64,000 nucleotides of DNA from Promethearchaeia archaeon (lineage in GTDB: Archaea > Asgardarchaeota > Lokiarchaeia > Sigyniarchaeales > SOKP01): positions 64,001 to 128,000 of the forward strand of contig JAHQWK010000016.1 in assembly GCA_029856145.1 (NCBI GenBank). The letters are read 5' to 3'. Position numbers and translations under genes: made by a program. Of this stretch, positions 60,642 through 64,000 are shown piece after piece. Below the pieces are notes generated by a model. That model saw only the letters and a program-made list of their open reading frames with translations, was not told the DNA's origin and did no database searches. Every line of letters starts with the position of its first letter. The first letter of the stretch is position 1.

Positions 60642-61505
60642 CTAATCAAATCGTAGTGAAAAATCCACTTGTTTAGAAGGAAATTGAGTAATTAAACTCA
60701 AGCTTATAACATCAGGTTCTGATAATAAATAATCTATAATATTATCTTGAGTTATTCCACCAGAAACCTCCACTATAATTTTATCCCTAAGATTATTTTC
60801 TTTCAATGAATTAATAGCATCTTCAACTTGATCTGGTCCCATATTATCTAACATCACAATATCTGCTCCATTCTTAGCAGCAGTTAAAATATCTTCCACT
60901 TTTTCGATTTCTATCTCAATTTTTTTTGAAAAACTATTCCTTTTTTTTATATCACTTAATAACTTTTCAATCTCTCCATTATAATATTTTAAATGAGTAT
61001 CCTTCAAGAGAACCATATCATCGAGCGAAAATCTATGAGTATCCGCGTATCCTAATTCAGCAGCTTTCTTCTCAAATATTCGAATTCCTGGTGTCGTTTT
61101 ACGAGTGCAAGCAATTTTAACATTTTTACCAGAATCTTTAATAATTTTAAAATATTTTCTGGCGGTTGTTGTTATAGCACTCATATGAGTAATTAGATTT
61201 AATCCTGTTCTTTCTCCCAATAGAATGTCTCTTGTATTTCCTCTTAATTCTACAATGACATCTCCATTGTTAACTTCTTCTCCATCTTTTTTTTTAAATA
61301 TTGTAGAGACATTCAAAATATTATATAATATTTTTAATTCTTCTAATCCTGAAACATATCCTACGCTTTTAGTGAAGATTTTTGCTGAAGATTTTGCATT
61401 CTCAGGTATTATTTTAGAACTCACATCAATAAACATACAATCTTCTTGCAAAAACTCTCTAATTTTCTGTTCAATGACAATCTTATTGTAGCTCATATTT
61501 CGCAC
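60642..61505 (-). CDS. nadC: Nicotinate-nucleotide pyrophosphorylase (carboxylating)
   Basis: ERTGLN, CTRKTTPG, HRFSLDD.VLLKDTH, MLDN, VSGGI. Confidence 0.95.
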   Translation of the reverse strand: MRNMSYNKIVIEQKIREFLQEDCMFIDVSSKIIPENAKSSAKIFTKSVGYVSGLEELKILYNILNVSTIFKKKDGEEVNNGDVIVELRGNTRDILLGERTGLNLITHMSAITTTARKYFKIIKDSGKNVKIACTRKTTPGIRIFEKKAAELGYADTHRFSLDDMVLLKDTHLKYYNGEIEKLLSDIKKRNSFSKKIEIEIEKVEDILTAAKNGADIVMLDNMGPDQVEDAINSLKENNLRDKIIVEVSGGITQDNIIDYLLSEPDVISLSLITQFPSKQVDFSLRFD

Positions 61506-61551
61506 AAACTTGTATAGTATTATTATTATAGTTTAAAAATTAATTAAAATT

Positions 61552-62190
61552 ATGGTAGAAAAAGAAAAATTATTCGTTAAAAATAATGAGATAAATCTTG
61601 AAGCGGAATACTTTCTATCAAAAAGTAATATTAAAAATCCAGTAGTTTTAATTTGTCATCCTCATCCGCAATATGGTGGGAATATGTATAACAATGTTGT
61701 GTCTGGAGTGTTTAATAAACTAATTGAAAATGACATTTCTTGTTTAAGGTTTAATTTTAGAGGTGTTGGAAGATCAAGTGGAACTCATTCGAATGGAACT
61801 GGAGAATTAAATGACGTGCAAACATGTATCGATTTTTTAGCAAAAAAGAAGAATTTTGAGAGAATTATTATTTGTGGTTATTCCTATGGTGCTGCAATAG
61901 GGTGTTCGGCAATAAATTACTCAAATAAAATTGTCAGCTACATATCCATATCTTTTCCTTGGGATTTTATGGGGGTAAAATATAAAAATTTATCTCAATC
62001 TAACAAACCAAAATTATTCATTCAAGGCAATCAAGACACAATTGCTCATTATGATAAATTTGAAGAAAACTTTAATTACTACTCAGAACCCAAAGTGAGT
62101 AGAATTATAGATGGTGCAGATCACTTCTATTGGGGTTATGAAGAACGAATAAGCAATGAAGTTATAGATTTTTATAAATCTATAGTTTAA
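61552..62190 (+). CDS. Alpha/beta fold hydrolase
   Basis: HPHPQYGG, RFNFRGVG, GYSYG, D and ADHF triad positions. Confidence 0.92.
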   Translation: MVEKEKLFVKNNEINLEAEYFLSKSNIKNPVVLICHPHPQYGGNMYNNVVSGVFNKLIENDISCLRFNFRGVGRSSGTHSNGTGELNDVQTCIDFLAKKKNFERIIICGYSYGAAIGCSAINYSNKIVSYISISFPWDFMGVKYKNLSQSNKPKLFIQGNQDTIAHYDKFEENFNYYSEPKVSRIIDGADHFYWGYEERISNEVIDFYKSIV

Positions 62191-62280
62191 CTGGTATATT
62201 ATGTCGTAACTCTTCTTTTACTTAATAAATTTTAGGCATACTTTACTTCATGAAAAAGTGTAAAAATAAAAGAATAAGGA

Positions 62281-62679
62281 TTATAAACTTGAAAGCTTTT
62301 CTAAATCCGCCTGTGAATTGTCAACTGCCCAATTAAGGAGTTGGTCAAAGTATCGTTCCACATCTTCACTTTCAGGAGCTTTTGATAAAATTGCTAATAG
62401 GAATTGATTCTTATTATCAGGCATAATTATATTCCTCATCATAATGAAATCTTCTTTATACATAAGTTTCATACTTTGGATTTCAGAAAGGCCTAATTCT
62501 TCTGCAGCTTTGTAAGCTGAATCACTCAATAAGGATCCCATAGCGGCTACTACGCGTTCATCTATATCTTCTTCTTTTTGAGAAGCGAGCACGAGACCCG
62601 TTGAAGTTGCAAAAAGCGATGCTCGAAAATTCCCATTTTCATTAAGTTCTTTAAGTACTAATTCAAGTCTACTTACCAA
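62281..62679 (-). CDS. Roadblock/LC7-domain protein
   Basis: AT.TGLVLAS...DERVVAAMGS.L..A....ELG. Confidence 0.85.
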   Translation of the reverse strand: MVSRLELVLKELNENGNFRASLFATSTGLVLASQKEEDIDERVVAAMGSLLSDSAYKAAEELGLSEIQSMKLMYKEDFIMMRNIIMPDNKNQFLLAILSKAPESEDVERYFDQLLNWAVDNSQADLEKLSSL

Positions 62680-62946
62680 ATCTACACACTCTCAATATAG
62701 ATATTTTAAATATTATCTTAAATAAAGGTTTTATATTTTTTATATAAATATTATTTTATTCTAATAAGCTTACATAAAATTTCCTTGTATAAATAATATG
62801 AGTTCTTTAATATTTAAAATTATTCAGTGTGGATTTTATATTACTTATTAAATTTGTCTATTGAAGTAAAATGATATTCTCTTCATTTATACTTGGAGTA
62901 ATATATGAAAATTGTATTTTAATGTAATAGTAAGTCAAAAGAATAC

Positions 62947-63465
62947 TTAGATTTTAAGATTAATAATAAATGTTGATAAAATATCATTTTCATCAATGTT
63001 TAATGTTATTACAGTTGGTCTTGCTATTGGCTTCATAAATCCAGGTCGTTCCTGAGGAGCTTTTGGTTGAGTAGGAGATCCTGGATTTAAAAGAAGTAAA
63101 TTATAACCAGTTCCTTTAATAAGAGGTTGATGTGTATGTCCAAAAATAAGAATGCGTAAATCGTGTTTTTTGGCAAATTCCTCAACGTTATCTGGTAATA
63201 AATGAATCACTCCAATATTATATCGCCCTATAGAAAATTTGGTAAAAATTTCTAAATTATTAATATTGTCAAGATTTCCTTTTACACATCTCGTTGGTGC
63301 GATCTTTTTCATCTCATCTAAAAAGAATTTTTCACATACATCTCCAACATGAACAATCTCATCGACATCCTTAAACGCTTGTTTAAGTTGGTTTACTAAA
63401 CTAGAGACTTTATCTTTTCCATAATCATTTGTAATATGTGTATCGGAGATTATCCCCAACTTCAT
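62947..63465 (-). CDS. YfcE/MJ0936/Vps29-type metallophosphoesterase
   Basis: ISDTH, HVGD, GNLD, GHTH, NPGS. Confidence 0.9.
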   Translation of the reverse strand: MKLGIISDTHITNDYGKDKVSSLVNQLKQAFKDVDEIVHVGDVCEKFFLDEMKKIAPTRCVKGNLDNINNLEIFTKFSIGRYNIGVIHLLPDNVEEFAKKHDLRILIFGHTHQPLIKGTGYNLLLLNPGSPTQPKAPQERPGFMKPIARPTVITLNIDENDILSTFIINLKI

Positions 63466-63480
63466 TGATTCAACACTCCT

Positions 63481-64000
63481 CTATATCATAATCATAAATC
63501 CCATTATAAAAATTAACAATCCCATGAGAATATCAAAAAAAACACGAAAAATTGTATCTCCTTTTGTCCCTTCAATTGTATTATCACGTTTAAAATAATT
63601 TTTAAGCATATTTAATCCAATTGAAAGCCCTTCTTTTATTTGAGAGTAATACCATACAAACAATATACATCCAATAATAAGCAAAGGATAGTATTGAAAA
63701 AGACCTACTATTGTAAAATTATTACCTTGAAACATACTCCAAATAGCATGAGCGGAGAAAATATTGTTTAGGGCATGAGCAATTATCGCAGGAATTAACC
63801 ATTTTCTTCTTATTACCAATAAAGAAAGAATAATTCCAATAAAGAATGCTTGTATAAACCAAACGATTGGATACCAGAAGGGATATAGGATACTCACTGG
63901 ATCTAGGAAATAAGCAAAATGACCCAATCCAAAAGAAAGAGCTGATATTATTACTGCTGAGTATTTAAAAAAATATGCACTTCCTCTTTTTGTAATTACA
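63481..64000 (-). CDS. CPBP (CAAX/Abi) intramembrane protease, 5' truncated by window edge
   Basis: In-frame upstream SAVIISALSFGLGHF and AHALNN motifs; multiple TM segments. Confidence 0.8.
   Translation of the reverse strand, partial: VITKRGSAYFFKYSAVIISALSFGLGHFAYFLDPVSILYPFWYPIVWFIQAFFIGIILSLLVIRRKWLIPAIIAHALNNIFSAHAIWSMFQGNNFTIVGLFQYYPLLIIGCILFVWYYSQIKEGLSIGLNMLKNYFKRDNTIEGTKGDTIFRVFFDILMGLLIFIMGFMIMI

Noticed and set aside
128-61491. Many short ORFs in the track antisense to or nested in well-supported genes (e.g. 7591-8181, 23023-23412, 29767-30081, 43524-43931)
   Set aside because: Shadow frames of real genes with no motifs or independent signals
1-64000. CRISPR arrays, rRNA genes, IS elements
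   Set aside because: No repeat-spacer array, extended GC-rich rRNA-like tract or transposase ORF observed

Overview
AT-rich archaeal chromosomal segment, most consistent with an Asgard (Lokiarchaeia-like) archaeon. That assignment is inferred from the archaeal information genes (TFB, GatDE, exosome, aIF5A, FEN1, CDC48) together with a profilin-like and a Roadblock protein. Most of the window is housekeeping: pyrD/pyrK/pyrC, Elp3, gatED, rpl2, a proteasome-SBDS-exosome-eL43-Pcc1-prefoldin superoperon extended by ECF and Cgi121 genes, TsaC, a 4-subunit 2-oxoacid:ferredoxin oxidoreductase, PPi-type PFK, HerA, CDC48, FEN1, Nob1, NAD kinase, SRP54, DinB and NadC. There are four tRNA genes. The unusual elements are: (1) two tandem paralogs with an apparent one-chain architecture of unknown N-module, ribbon-helix-helix, HisKA and receiver, lacking any ATP-binding kinase domain and transcribed divergently from an atypical TFB; (2) two adjacent tRNAs (Ser-UGA, Lys-CUU) carrying homologous 30-nt BHB introns in the T-loop, the Ser gene having a second, canonical intron; (3) a catalytically dead DHDPS-like barrel fused to an intact APH-type kinase; (4) a second tandem pair of RHH regulators flanking a ~100-nt G-tract element with a promoter and a T-terminator; (5) several genes that appear to start at ATT/ATA; (6) an orphan AbiEii-like nucleotidyltransferase and degenerate JAMM, TrmY and NikR homologs. 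No CRISPR array, rRNA or transposase was seen. All calls come from motif recognition by eye; no database search was run.
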